A stretch of 64,000 nucleotides of DNA. It comes from Octopus bimaculoides (lineage: Eukaryota). The notes beneath the pieces were generated by a model that was not told the DNA's origin, searched no databases, and saw only the letters and a program-made list of their open reading frames with translations. Below, piece by piece: positions 36,977-64,000 of the stretch; the stretch's first letter is position 1; each line of letters opens with the position of its first letter. Location of the stretch: positions 181,550,884 through 181,614,883 of the forward strand of contig NC_068981.1 of assembly GCF_001194135.2 (NCBI RefSeq), given 5' to 3'. The position numbers and the translations under genes were made by a program.

Positions 36977-39940
36977 CGGCATACCTACACAAGTGTGCTC
37001 CCAGACTTTGTTTCCTCATGACTTTCAGAAAAATGGCTATTTTGAAATGAAATTTTCTACAAATATGCTTCAGATGGTGTACATTTCTTTCTTTCTTTTT
37101 AACAAAGGATGATACTTTATTTTATCTGATATAGTTTTTACAAAAAGACAAAGAAAAGAAGAAAAAAGCGGAAAAAAATAAGAAAAGGGGGAGAGAAGAA
37201 AGAGACAACAAAAAAAAAAACCCATGAATGCAGCATCAAGTGTTTCAATTGGTCTCACACCACAAGGTTCAACGGAATCTACTGAAGCGAGCCAGCACAC
37301 TTACAACATTATCACGGGCGATGGTGAGGCTAAGGCGTTGGAAAAACTAAGCACCCTCACGGGTATCACCTGACACCTCGGTAATGTGAGCTGTCAACGA
37401 TGAGAAAAACTTCGCCATTAGTGGTCCTGTCCCTTCAAACGTCTCAAACGCCATAGGTTGGAAGAAATAGTTCACTGCCAGGTCCCGATACTTCAGGGTT
37501 TTGTTCCGTTCGGCTACGGAAGCAGTGACCTTCCCATTTACCGCAGCATCCAGGATGTAGGAGGGAGTAAAAGAGTCACAGACCGTGGTGTCCCAGATGA
37601 GGACACCCTGGGACAGAGGGTAAAACCCATCTGGTCGCTTCCACCACTTTTGGATAATTGCGCCAGCTCCAGAATTGAGGGATATTAATCAGAGCCAGGA
37701 CCCACTTAATGATTAGATTTAGCTCGGTGTGACGAGCGACACGACCAGCATTTAGGCAGCAAGACAGACCGTGAAGACCATGAGGAGTCGAGGGGCCTAC
37801 CACAGCGACTTCTCAGTCCCCTGCAGACGTCAGTTCCCACTCTGAGTGCGGTGGCGATGTGGAGTTCATCTAGACTAAGTAGACCTCCAATGTTGGCCAG
37901 AGACGGGGCATCAATCCAGCCCCACCGAGAATTTTGCACTAGCAGAAAGTAGACGACACCTTGAAAATTGATCAGATTGATCAGGGAGAGAGATGAAAGT
38001 GGTACTTTAATGCAGATTGTCCCATATTCTCTACTTCCGTCTATCCTCAACTGTAACAGGAAATAACAAACTCAGCTCTCGCCACTGTAACAGAGCTTCA
38101 TCCATCTCCCTGTTGGAATTAGTCCATGCTGGAGAGGAGAGAATGTTGCCTACTAAAGAGGAGCAAGCGTGGATGGGGGAAAGAAAACGGAAGAGATAGA
38201 GACGAGCACTTGCGCAGACCTAGACCCCCAAACCGTTTAGGCAAAGCAGCTTGGTCGCAGGAGTCTGGGGGAAGAGTTTGACATTGACCAAGCATTCGAG
38301 TTTCCTGAAGATTAGGTCGTCAAAGTATTTGAGGGACGACAAGAATCTGTAAGAGGGTCTAACAGAAAATGCAATAGCTTAGGAATTGACAAGTAATTCT
38401 TAAGAAAAAAAGAAAAAACCTTGGTGGAGCTCAATTACTTGAACGTTTTTTTAATAGTTGCTGGAAGTTAGCTAATTTGAATCTAAAGATGGACTCGAAA
38501 CCTAGGTCAGTAATTGGGGCTCCAAGGGAGCATCACGCTGATGAAGGAGGAACTGCGATAGAGGGGAGGGTTTCTGTAATGGTCTAATAGTCTGCTCATG
38601 CGAAGCCGGATGGTTGAAGAATCAGAGTTTGCATTTGGAGCTGCTAACGCTAAACATCTTGTTAACATCATTACCCCAATGCAAATAGGGTAGGGCCAGG
38701 TGGACTCCAGAGGCAGATGGGATGAGGTGATCACCAAAGAAGAGGTAGGAGGGCTCCTGATGGGCTTGCCAAGCAAATGATAAAGTTGTGGGGCATTCAC
38801 CCTTACTGCACGGAGGATGACGTCCCGACTGATGGAATTAAAGGCATTCCTAAGGTCTAGTTTGAGGATGACCTTTGGGGACTCAGAAGGCAAGTTGGTG
38901 AAAGTGGCGTGAGTCTCACAACCTAGCTTAGTATCCACTTCTAGCTGAATAGGGAAAAATTCAGCGGATAGGCCGTTAGAAGCTGAGAACAGACACACTT
39001 TTGCTGTGTGTCGTCGAAGAGTACAACCAACTGGTATGGGCGCGGAGACCACAGTTGGGCTCTAGGAACAGGGGGCGAATGTAGCTTTAAGAAACAGGGG
39101 ACGAATGTAGGTAAGGACACTCTCGGATGAGAACAAGTTTATGAACTGCGTTAGGTTCTCTATGAGCTCGAGACCATCATCACCAGCTAACAGGGAGTAA
39201 CTATCCTTGAGATGCTGAGGTCGTAGGCTATCGATCCCAGTGCCAGAACCCGCTGGAAAAGATACAATTGCCTTCCTGACATTGTCGGGAATGAAAACAA
39301 ATTGTAGAAAACTTGGTAGGTCAGGCCAGTGTAGATGATCATCCGGAGGGGGTCGATCGGAATTTGTGAAAAAAATTTTCCGAGGGTGTGGAGAGGAGTT
39401 TCGGAAAACTTACTCGAGTTGGGTTTGTTTCCTCATAACTTTCCGAAAAATGGCTATTTTTTAAATGGAATTTTCTATGAATACCTTTTAAGATTGTGTA
39501 TATACCGATTACATCGGAGTTAAAAAATAAAATGGTAGACTCGCACACACACACACATCTGACATATCAAAAATGAAACAGGAAATATCGAAAAAGATTG
39601 TGATGTGTGTCAGCATGTATGCGCACGAGTCTACCAATTTTTTTTTTTCATATTAAATTCCGATATAATCGCAATCTACACCATCTGAAATGTATTTGTA
39701 AAACATTTCATTGGAAAATACCCATTTCTCTGAAAGTTATGAGGAAACAAAGCCGACGTTTGTGAATTTTCAGAAACTGCTCCTTCACCCTCGGAAAAAC
39801 TTTTTCACAATAAATTCCGATATAATCAGAATCTGTACCACCTGAAACATTTTTGTAAAAAAAATTGCACTAAAAATATTCATTTTGCTGGAAGTTATGA
39901 AGAAACGAAGTCGATGGGGTACAGTTGTGTAGGTATGTCC
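36977..39940. mobile_element. Long-TIR foldback element (about 700 bp, with internal subrepeats) interrupted by a CRE insertion
   Basis: Left arm is 36977-37083 plus 39356-39575; right arm is 39600-39940. Terminal cggcatacctacac / gtgtaggtatgtcc. The repeat ttgtttcctcat.actttc.gaaaaatggctatttt occurs in both arms. Confidence 0.8.
37084..39355 (-). mobile_element. 5'-truncated, frameshifted CRE-clade non-LTR retrotransposon (RT - CCHC - RLE endonuclease)
   Basis: FPAGSGTGIDSLRPQHLKD; KVILKLDLRNAFNSISRDVILRAVRVNAPQLYHLL; CGRPLD...HGLSC zinc knuckle; KRPDGFTL; WDTTVCD; ERNKTLKY; QRLSLTIARDN; then AATAAA and an (AAAG)n tail at 37084-37100. Confidence 0.85.
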
Positions 39941-40369
39941 CTTTTTTGGAGCAGCGGGCCGCACTACAAAAAGAAAATTCAAGGTAATTTTTGTTTAGAC
40001 ATGCCTTTCAGAAAATCTCGTAAACCATAGTTTGCCCACGACTGTATTAAACCTTCATCAATATTCTTTAGTCCCACGTAAGTCTTGATTGAGAAAGATC
40101 AATGATCAAAAGTATTCCAGCTATGGCAATCCGTTCACAAAGACCACATTGTCTATTATGTTATTCCTTTTCAAAGACAGCCGGGTGTGATTTAAAGAAC
40201 ATTTAGTTACTTTAGTCGAGCTGTCAGTATTAGAAGCTCCGCATCCGAAGCTCATTAACTGATTTTATTTGTCCCGACAGCAGAATTCACTCGAAAACAC
40301 GAATGAATGGAACAAAAACTGGGAGAGAACTCTCTTTTAACTCTTTCAAAAAAAGAGCCCGAAAGTTGT

Positions 40370-40445
40370 ATCAAAATGGCGCAGTAACTCTACAGTCTCT
40401 CTGGCGGCCGAACATACAACATTTGTGTTGCATATAAATATTCCG
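40370..40445 (+). promoter_or_regulatory. Candidate non-coding first exon of DDX42
   Basis: YY1-type motif AAAATGGCG at 40373-81 followed by donor CCG|gtgagc at 40446, in CpG-retaining unique sequence. Confidence 0.3.
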
Positions 40446-42373
40446 GTGAGCTTTTCCACTTTATTTATTTTACAGTGATTTACAAATCCACCTCCTTGTA
40501 AAGCTACAGATGACACTGTATATAATAATGGCATTTATCAAGAAATATTGTGGTTATTTTAGCTATGTATCGTTGTGTCACTTGAGATTGTAGCGTGTAT
40601 AAAGCAGTCTCTTCAACATTTCTTGTTAATCTATTTCTGTCTCACCTATCAGCATGTATCAACAGTACATTTTAATAAAAAAATATATTAGCTTGCTTTA
40701 AAATTTCAACTTCCTCTCGTTAGTATTTAATTAATAATAGTGCCGAATGTATGCGTGTATAGAATTCAATTGACTTCGGTATATTGCGTTATGTATGTCT
40801 ATAAATATCGATTACCTTTATTTTGTATCTAATCATTTGCTACTTTTGATATTTTTTGCGAGATAAATACTTTTTACATTATGTGAACGACTAGAAATCT
40901 AATTTTATTAGAAGCGCAACTTATCTTTTTTCTTTATTTTGGTAATATTTCTTAATTTTTTTCCGAGAAAAGATGTTCCATCTTCTTAATTTATATTAAT
41001 GCTATATCTATAACATTACTTGAATATTTATCACTTTCAAGGGTAATAAAAAAAAAATATTTATTTCTATTTTAAATCCAGAAAAAAATGTACAAATTCC
41101 TAAGCGTGAATGTGGAGGATAAACTGTGCCTTCTGTTACAAGATCCAATGTCTTATTTATAAACGGTGCCAATTCTGCTACCGTCTAAACTCAAGTTTTT
41201 TTTTTATATGGAGAAATATTTTTTCTTAATATGAAATAAATAGATTCTTGTAATTTAAATAGCGTAAATTAATCAAATAATTCAATAACAGCATTTTTAA
41301 ATACGTTGTTTATAACCCTGTATTAGCTTCCATCGAGCTGACCTCTGGTCAAAGGTACTCCAGCTTTGACTATCCCGTCTTTCATTCAGACAGTGTATCT
41401 AGGACTACATCATCAGTTGTATACTTTTTAGAAAGACTAAGAGTGTCATAAGTAGATTTGACCGATACTTTTAACAGATCGAACGGCCTCTTAAAAGCTT
41501 CCTTGGTTCACATATTGATAAGATTCTCTTCGGCTCAGGCGGTTACCACTGGAACTAAGTAAAATAAATTAAAAAAAAAGAACAACAAAAAACAATTCGG
41601 TCTTAATATTTTTTCATAAAACAATGAATTAGAAGCATTTTAAAAGAACTTATTTTTTACGTTAGAAGTATTTTAAAGCGCCCCCCTCTTTTTTTTTTAA
41701 CCTGAAGTGAAATAGTTCAAAGTAACATATTAAGTGATAGTAAAACTATTTTTTCGACTCAATCGTAGGTTGTTTTGTTCGCAATCAGGTCAACTCAGAT
41801 CAATGAGATCTATGATCAAAGACAGTTCAACTTGTACCATCTCGTCTTTTAAGGGATTATCTAGTTCTACATTATCTAAACATGTACTCCCCATTTTAAG
41901 ACGGAAGGCTGCGACTTATTTGAGGAAAATTTGGGTAGAGGCTCCGAGTACTGTATTTAAGCCTTGTGATTTAATGTAGCTGGAAAAATAAACACTATTT
42001 TTATTGTTTAAAATGCCGCTAAACTGTAATTACGCTTCATATAGGACATTGCGTCAAAAAGTTATTTTACTACGTTTAAATAAGAATGTACCTGAATAAT
42101 ACATACGCACGTACGTTACATGACATCAGTCTTGCACTATGGAACATCGTATTTGTCAGCTGTTGATTGGAGTTCGCTACGATTTCTATATCCCCCGACT
42201 GTCCCACGCTCATACCAACGAATGTCGAACAGCATTGATGATACTAAAGAATAGCCGGGCTCTTTAGGCCTACTTTGTAGCACGCTTTCTCTCTCGATTG
42301 TATGTGTGCGTGTGAGATTAAACAAACTCCAGAGAGACTAGTACTGGTCTGCATCGGCGAGGCTTGTGATAAG

Positions 42374-42574
42374 TAATGAAATCGATAAAAGGAGAATAGA
42401 GTGAACTTGCCATGGGGAGTGGAAAATCTAACGTTTCAGATAGTCCTTCATCAGCGAAAAGTTGACAGAAATTAATTTCTCCTCAAATTTGTGCTGAAGT
42501 GTGACTTTGTCCCCAAAATTGGATTTTCTACTCTCTATGGCAAGTTCACTGTACTCTTTTTATTGATTTCATTA
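42374..42574. repeat. About 54-bp imperfect inverted repeats around a 93-bp spacer holding a hammerhead-like core on the minus strand
   Basis: Arms at 42374-42428 and 42522-42574; minus strand reads CTGATGAaggactatctGAAACGTT at 42454-42430. Confidence 0.75.
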
Positions 42575-42869
42575 TCATCATCATCATCATCGTCGTCGTT
42601 TAACGTCCGCTTTCCATGCTAGCATGGGTTGGACGATTGACTGAGGACTGGTGAAACCGGATGGCAACACCAGGCTCCAGTCTGATTTGGCAGAGTTTCT
42701 ACAGCTGGATGCCCTTCCTAACGCCAACCACTCAGAGAGTGTAGTGGGTGCTTTTACGTGTCACCCGCACGAAAACGGCCACGCTCGAAATGGTGTCTTT
42801 TATGTGCCACCCGCACAAGCCAGTCCAGGTGCACTGGCAACGATATATATATATATATATATTAATAGT

Positions 42870-43290
42870 TATTGCGAAGCCAACATGGCAGTCCAAAAAA
42901 TAGGACGAATGCTGCCATTGATTAGCTCCAAGAGGCCATCACCTCTAGCTAGCTATGTGACACACGAACCTGTGTCCATTATAACCTTCGGACAGGGGAG
43001 GTTAGCCGCTTCCCCTTGCTGGTCTGGCACCTACAGACTAGTTTCAGGGTGTTTGCCTCTTATCAATGTAGAGCAGCCGATCCCAGCAGGCGTCGCTTAA
43101 AAGACATGTTAGGATTTACAATGAGCAGAACTTACTTGCAGGTATTGGTAGTGCAAATCAGAGGTGCAATCTGTGTGGGTGTTTTTTCAAAACACTGTCT
43201 GGTTTAAAAAGCCACATCAGACGCCATGAACGGGCTAAGGTGTAGGTGCAGGAGGTGGTCAAACTCTGTGTAAGGAGTAGACAACCACTA
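42870..43290 (+). mobile_element. LINE (RTE-like) 3' fragment with C-terminal C2H2 fingers and a (TA/TACA)n tail
   Basis: QQASLKRHVRIY...CNLCGCFFKTLSGLKSHIRRHERAKV*, frameshifted upstream, no TGEKP linkers, followed directly by a microsatellite tail. Confidence 0.6.
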
Positions 43291-43314
43291 TATATATACA
43301 TATACATACATGCA

Positions 43315-43540
43315 TACAAATGACGGGGTGCTGAGAAGTTTCTGGTTTTAAGGGTATCACAAAAGGCCTGGCTGGAGGCCCAACTTTCTGAGTTCTTTTA
43401 CAGGGCTTAGGAAAACTGAAGGACCACTGCAATCAATGTGTGAATCTGAGGCAGGGATATGTTTAACAAAATCATAATTAACTGATCCTCGTGTATTTTC
43501 TTTTACCTGAAGCCAGGAACTTCTCAGCATATCCCGTGTA
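43315..43540 (+). mobile_element. Internally deleted mariner (MITE) with both TIRs
   Basis: Left ...ggggtgctgagaagtttctggtttta and right cctgaagccaggaacttctcagcatatcccgtgta; internal KLKDHCNQCVNLRQGYV*. Confidence 0.75.
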
Positions 43541-43541
43541 T

Positions 43542-43591
<50 letters not shown>

Positions 43592-43634
43592 ATGTCACAT
43601 AACTGGCACCCATGTCAGTGGCATGTAAAAAACA

Positions 43635-44775
43635 CCTTTCAAGTGTTGGGCCTCAGAGGGGCAAAATGGGTGAGTTCCTTTCAAGTGTTGGGCCTCACAG
43701 NNNNNNNNNNNNNNNNNNNNNNNNNNNNNNNNNNNNNNNNNNNNNNNNNNNNNNNNNNNNNNNNNNNNNNNNNNNNNNNNNNNNNNNNNNNNNNNNNNNN
43801 NNNNNNNNNNNNNNNNNNNNNNNNNNNNNNNNNNNNNNNNNNNNNNNNNNNNNNNNNNNNNNNNNNNNNNNNNNNNNNNNNNNNNNNNNNNNNNNNNNNN
43901 NNNNNNNNNNNNNNNNNNNNNNNNNNNNNNNNNNNNNNNNNNNNNNNNNNNNNNNNNNNNNNNNNNNNNNNNNNNNNNNNNNNNNNNNNNNNNNNNNNNN
44001 NNNNNNNNNNNNNNNNNNNNNNNNNNNNNNNNNNNNNNNNNNNNNNNNNNNNNNNNNNNNNNNNNNNNNNNNNNNNNNNNNNNNNNNNNNNNNNNNNNNN
44101 NNNNNNNNNNNNNNNNNNNNNNNNNNNNNNNNNNNNNNNNNNNNNNNNNNNNNNNNNNNNNNNNNNNNNNNNNNNNNNNNNNNNNNNNNNNNNNNNNNNN
44201 NNNNNNNNNNNNNNNNNNNNNNNNNNNNNNNNNNNNNNNNNNNNNNNNNNNNNNNNNNNNNNNNNNNNNNNNNNNNNNNNNNNNNNNNNNNNNNNNNNNN
44301 NNNNNNNNNNNNNNNNNNNNNNNNNNNNNNNNNNNNNNNNNNNNNNNNNNNNNNNNNNNNNNNNNNNNNNNNNNNNNNNNNNNNNNNNNNNNNNNNNNNN
44401 NNNNNNNNNNNNNNNNNNNNNNNNNNNNNNNNNNNNNNNNNNNNNNNNNNNNNNNNNNNNNNNNNNNNNNNNNNNNNNNNNNNNNNNNNNNNNNNNNNNN
44501 NNNNNNNNNNNNNNNNNNNNNNNNNNNNNNNNNNNNNNNGGGTGAGTTCCTTTCAAGCGTTGGGCCTCACAGGCAAAGTAGCTGAACACCTTTCAAGTGT
44601 TGGGCCTCAGAGGGGCAAAATGGGTGAGTTCCTTTCAAGCATTGGGCCTCACAGAGGCAAAGTAGCTGAACACCTTTCAAGTGTTGGGCCTCAGAGGGGC
44701 AAAATGGGTGAGTTCCTTTCAAGCGTTGGGCCTCACAGAAGCAAAGTGGCTGAGTTCCTTTCAAGTGTTGGATCT
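43635..44775 (+). repeat. Minisatellite of alternating 42-bp A/B units (84-bp higher-order period), mostly collapsed into a gap
   Basis: ctttcaag recurs every 42 nt (44590, 44632...); gctgaacacc recurs at 44581 and 44665. Confidence 0.92.
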
Positions 44776-47700
44776 CACAGAAGCAATGACTGAGACTTTT
44801 GGCATTATGTTGTGTTTGAGTAGAAGACTCATCAAGCCGAGCAAAATTGCTGCCCTGGCAGATACCAGTGTCATGCAAATGGTACCCGTGTTGGTGGCAT
44901 GTAAAAGCACCCATTACACTCTTGGAGTGGTTGATGCTAAGAAGGGTATCCAGCTATAGAAAACCATGCCAAATCAGACTGGAGTCTCATGCAGCCTTCC
45001 AGCATGCCAGCCCTAGTCAAACCGTCCAACCCATGCCAGCATGGACAATGGACATTAAATGATGATGGTGTGTGTGTGTGCCAAAAGTCATGCACCAAAA
45101 GATTTGACATTTTATTTATATTACATTATTATTATTATTATTATTATTCATTTTGTTCATCATGTACAATTACGTGTGTATTCATTATTTATTTCATTCA
45201 CTTTTAGAAAAATCGAAAATATGTCTTTGGATAATTACTGAGTGTGTTGAACTTTTGTGTGTGACTTCCGACCCATCCTGTATATATATGACATGACACC
45301 CCTGATAAACTGTATTTATATATAGTTTATATATTATGCATTCTGTTGTATTATTTTAATGAATGTGTTGTCCTACTTCTTTTGTCTCTATACATCAATT
45401 TTCTTTTATGGAAAAATAATTCCACAATGAGCTGTTTTTGGAAAAAGATTGCATGTGATGTTTCGGTTGAATGAGGTGGTACATGTAACTAGAAATAGGA
45501 AGAGGAAGGAACCACTGGCAGCTGTTTCACTGGAGTAGTAAATGATGTAGTCATGATGGACGAGTGATTACTTGAGATGGATGTTCAAAGAAGAATGCTG
45601 CTGATTTAGAGTAAGCATTTTCTTACAGAAATTGTAGAAATAGACCCCAGAATGGTCTTTGGTCTTTTAATTTTTGCAATGAAGGCCTAAGGGCTGAAGC
45701 ATAAATTGAAAACTTATGACAAATGTTACATGTTATTTTTGTTGTTAGATCTATGATCAAAAGTGTTCAAGCCGTGAAAATCCTGTCTTCTTAGGGGTAT
45801 GTAAGGATTAAACTTTTCCTTTTCTTATTTAAGATGTTGGGGTGTTTGTTTCTCAGTTTGTTTAACTCTTTAACTGCAAAATTAAATTTCATGGTTATTC
45901 CTGTAACGATGTTAAATATCTACCAAAAAATAAAATTGGTATTTTCTGCAGGTCCTGTTGCTTCGATAAACTTGATATATCTCAACAAAAAAATAGTTCC
46001 AAACATGCCATTCCCTAACAAAAGATTGATTTGTGTCTAAAACAGGTTTTGCAGTTAAGAGTAATGAAATTTTGTGTGGATGTATCTGATTTCCATAGTA
46101 AGATGGTTAATGTCTTTCATGCAAGCATGGGTTTAGATGGGACAGCAGGATATTAAATGACGATGTTGATGCTCTTCCTTATCCGCTTTTCAAGTAAAGG
46201 ATTTATGTTTTTATTCCCTAAGTGCTTCAAAAGTACAGAGCAACTGGTCATAATGTCAACAAGGATTGTAAATATAATTTACTATTTCACTCAAGCATGA
46301 ATGCAGAATCATTAGTGCATCGTAAAAAAAATGGTAATTACACACACACACACATGCACATATATATAGGTGCAAATCTAGCTGTGGGATTAACCAACTT
46401 CATTCCTAACCATACGGTTTCAAGCTTAGTCTCATTTTATGGCACCTTAGGCAAGTATCTTCCACTCTTGCCCCAGGCTGACCAAATCTTTGTAAGGGAA
46501 TTTGGTAAATGGAGACTGAAAGAAACTTGTCGTATATATATATATATGTGGTTGTGTGTACTCTTGTCTTGTGATGGTTGTAAAAGAGTATCACCATCAT
46601 ATAAATGAGGGTTGGGGACAGGAAGAGCATCAAACTAGAAAATTTGCCTCAAAAATTTTCAGCTAACTCTTGCAGGCATGTGTAGACATAGTTGAGTGGT
46701 GAAGAACTCTGTTTATCAACCATGTAATTCCAAGTTCAGTCACACTGTGTGGCACCTTGGGCAAGTGTCTTCTACTATAGCTCTGATCCAACCAATGCCA
46801 AGTAAAGGAATTTCATAGACAGAAACTGAAAGAAACTCACTGCATATGTTTTTAAGTGTGAGACTGTGTCTGTTAATATTTGCAACCTACCCTAATCTGT
46901 GGCTACAAATGGTGATGTAATTTTTGTCACTGGACTGCAACCAGCAGCATTTGCTGACATCTCATGTTAACAACTCAACCTCTAATTCTGAACCTTTGAA
47001 TTTCTCTGGAATAAAAAATCCTTTAGTTGAAAAACAAGGAAAGTTAGCAACAGGAAGAGCATCCAACCAGCCTTTTGTTGACAAATACTGTGCAAGTGAA
47101 ATTAGTAGATATTTTTGTGTACCAGTGTAAAGCAGACAACAAATCAAGGCCCTTTATGCCCAGAAGGTAAAACTTAGGCATTTAATAAATAGTGATTGCA
47201 AAAATAAGCACCAGAAGGAAATAAATACTGGGGTTGATATCCTCAATGAAAACTTTTGAATATACTGGGATAACTCTTGAATGTAGTTTCCTCATCATGG
47301 CCATAATTCCACTACTGACTGTTGTAAATGAATAAAGGAAGAGAATATATTATGGCTAGCTGTCATCATCATCATCGTCGTCGTTTAATGTCCGCTTTCC
47401 ATGCTAGCATGGGTTGGATGATTTGACTGAGGACTGGTGGACCAGGAGGCGACACCAGGCTCCAATCTGATTTGGCAGAGTTTCTACAGCTGGATGCCCT
47501 TCCTAACGCCAACCACTCCGAGAGTTTTGTTAAAAAGTTTGCTTTGCAACATTGTGGTTTAGCTTTCAGTCCCACTGCATGGCACTTTGGGTAAGTGGCC
47601 TTTTCTATAGCCCTGGGCCAACCAAAGTCTTGTAAATGGATTTAGTAGATGGAAATTGAAAGAAGCCCATTGTGTACATATATGTGTGCGCGTATGTCTC

Positions 47701-47999
47701 CTTCCCTTGACTTGGTGTGTCAATTAAAAACGAGCATCACTGTCATAAAAGCACTGCCCTTTGTTTCCAATCTTCCATGGAAACATATCTGGCTATGAGG
47801 AAATATTATCTAACTTGGAAACAGAAAGGGTATCTGACTATAAAAAACCTGCTTCAACCAATTCCATTTGACCTGTGCAAGTATGGAACACTGATATTGG
47901 TGTATGTGTGTGTGTGTGTGTGTTTGCATGTTTAGATATAATTTGAAAATATCTTTTAAGTTCTGTTTTTTAATAAGGAAAGAACAACACTTGAAAGTC

Positions 48000-63928
<15,929 letters not shown>

Positions 63929-64000
63929 GTAAGTTTTTGAATTCTACTTTACACAGTGAAGAAATGGGGCAGGGCTTACAGGAGGTTCTTCTTGGAGAAA

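Larger units (their letters stand above)
36957..40044. mobile_element. Short hAT-like MITE split by a foldback insertion
   Basis: Ends caggtacaggcaacct / tagtttgcccacgactg; 8-bp TSD tataaaac (36949-56) vs tattaaac (40045-52), 7/8 identical. Confidence 0.6.

Noticed and set aside
42650-42670. CTGAGGA-ctggt-GAAAC inside the (GAT)n retroposon as a hammerhead
   Set aside because: Only 5 nt between the core halves, so no stem II is possible.
43140-43250. C2H2 zinc-finger gene exon
   Set aside because: Frameshifted, lacks TGEKP linkers and splice sites, and is followed by a microsatellite tail; better explained as a LINE C-terminus.

Overview
Eukaryotic, AT-rich, repeat-dense genomic DNA from a gapped assembly (9 N-gaps). 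The repeat families and microsatellite load suggest an octopus/cephalopod; this is inference, not database-checked. Most entries in the ORF track are spurious (N-runs, microsatellites, repeats). Two divergently oriented, intron-rich housekeeping genes can be rebuilt from splice sites with consistent reading phases. TEX10/IPI1-like (minus strand) has 4 coding exons from 15471 down to 3828, 391 codons, and continues out of the window. DDX42/SF3b125 DEAD-box helicase (plus strand) has 12 coding exons from 48000 to 63928, 446 codons, and also continues. The rest is mostly transposon debris: tRNA-headed SINEs, a (GAT)n-tailed retroposon, Tc1, mariner, Merlin, RTE and CRE relics, piggyBac-/hAT-like MITEs, a foldback and a Helentron-like element. 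Most notable observations: (i) minimal type I hammerhead-ribozyme motifs of the Penelope kind, one inside a tRNA-headed element in a DDX42 intron (54750-54990), one antisense at 58037-58091 and one degenerate at 42430-42454; (ii) a three-level hAT-MITE > foldback > CRE retrotransposon nest (36957-40044); (iii) a duplicated DDX42 splice donor that could create a stop-containing pseudo-exon; (iv) three minisatellites that grew out of retroposon modules.
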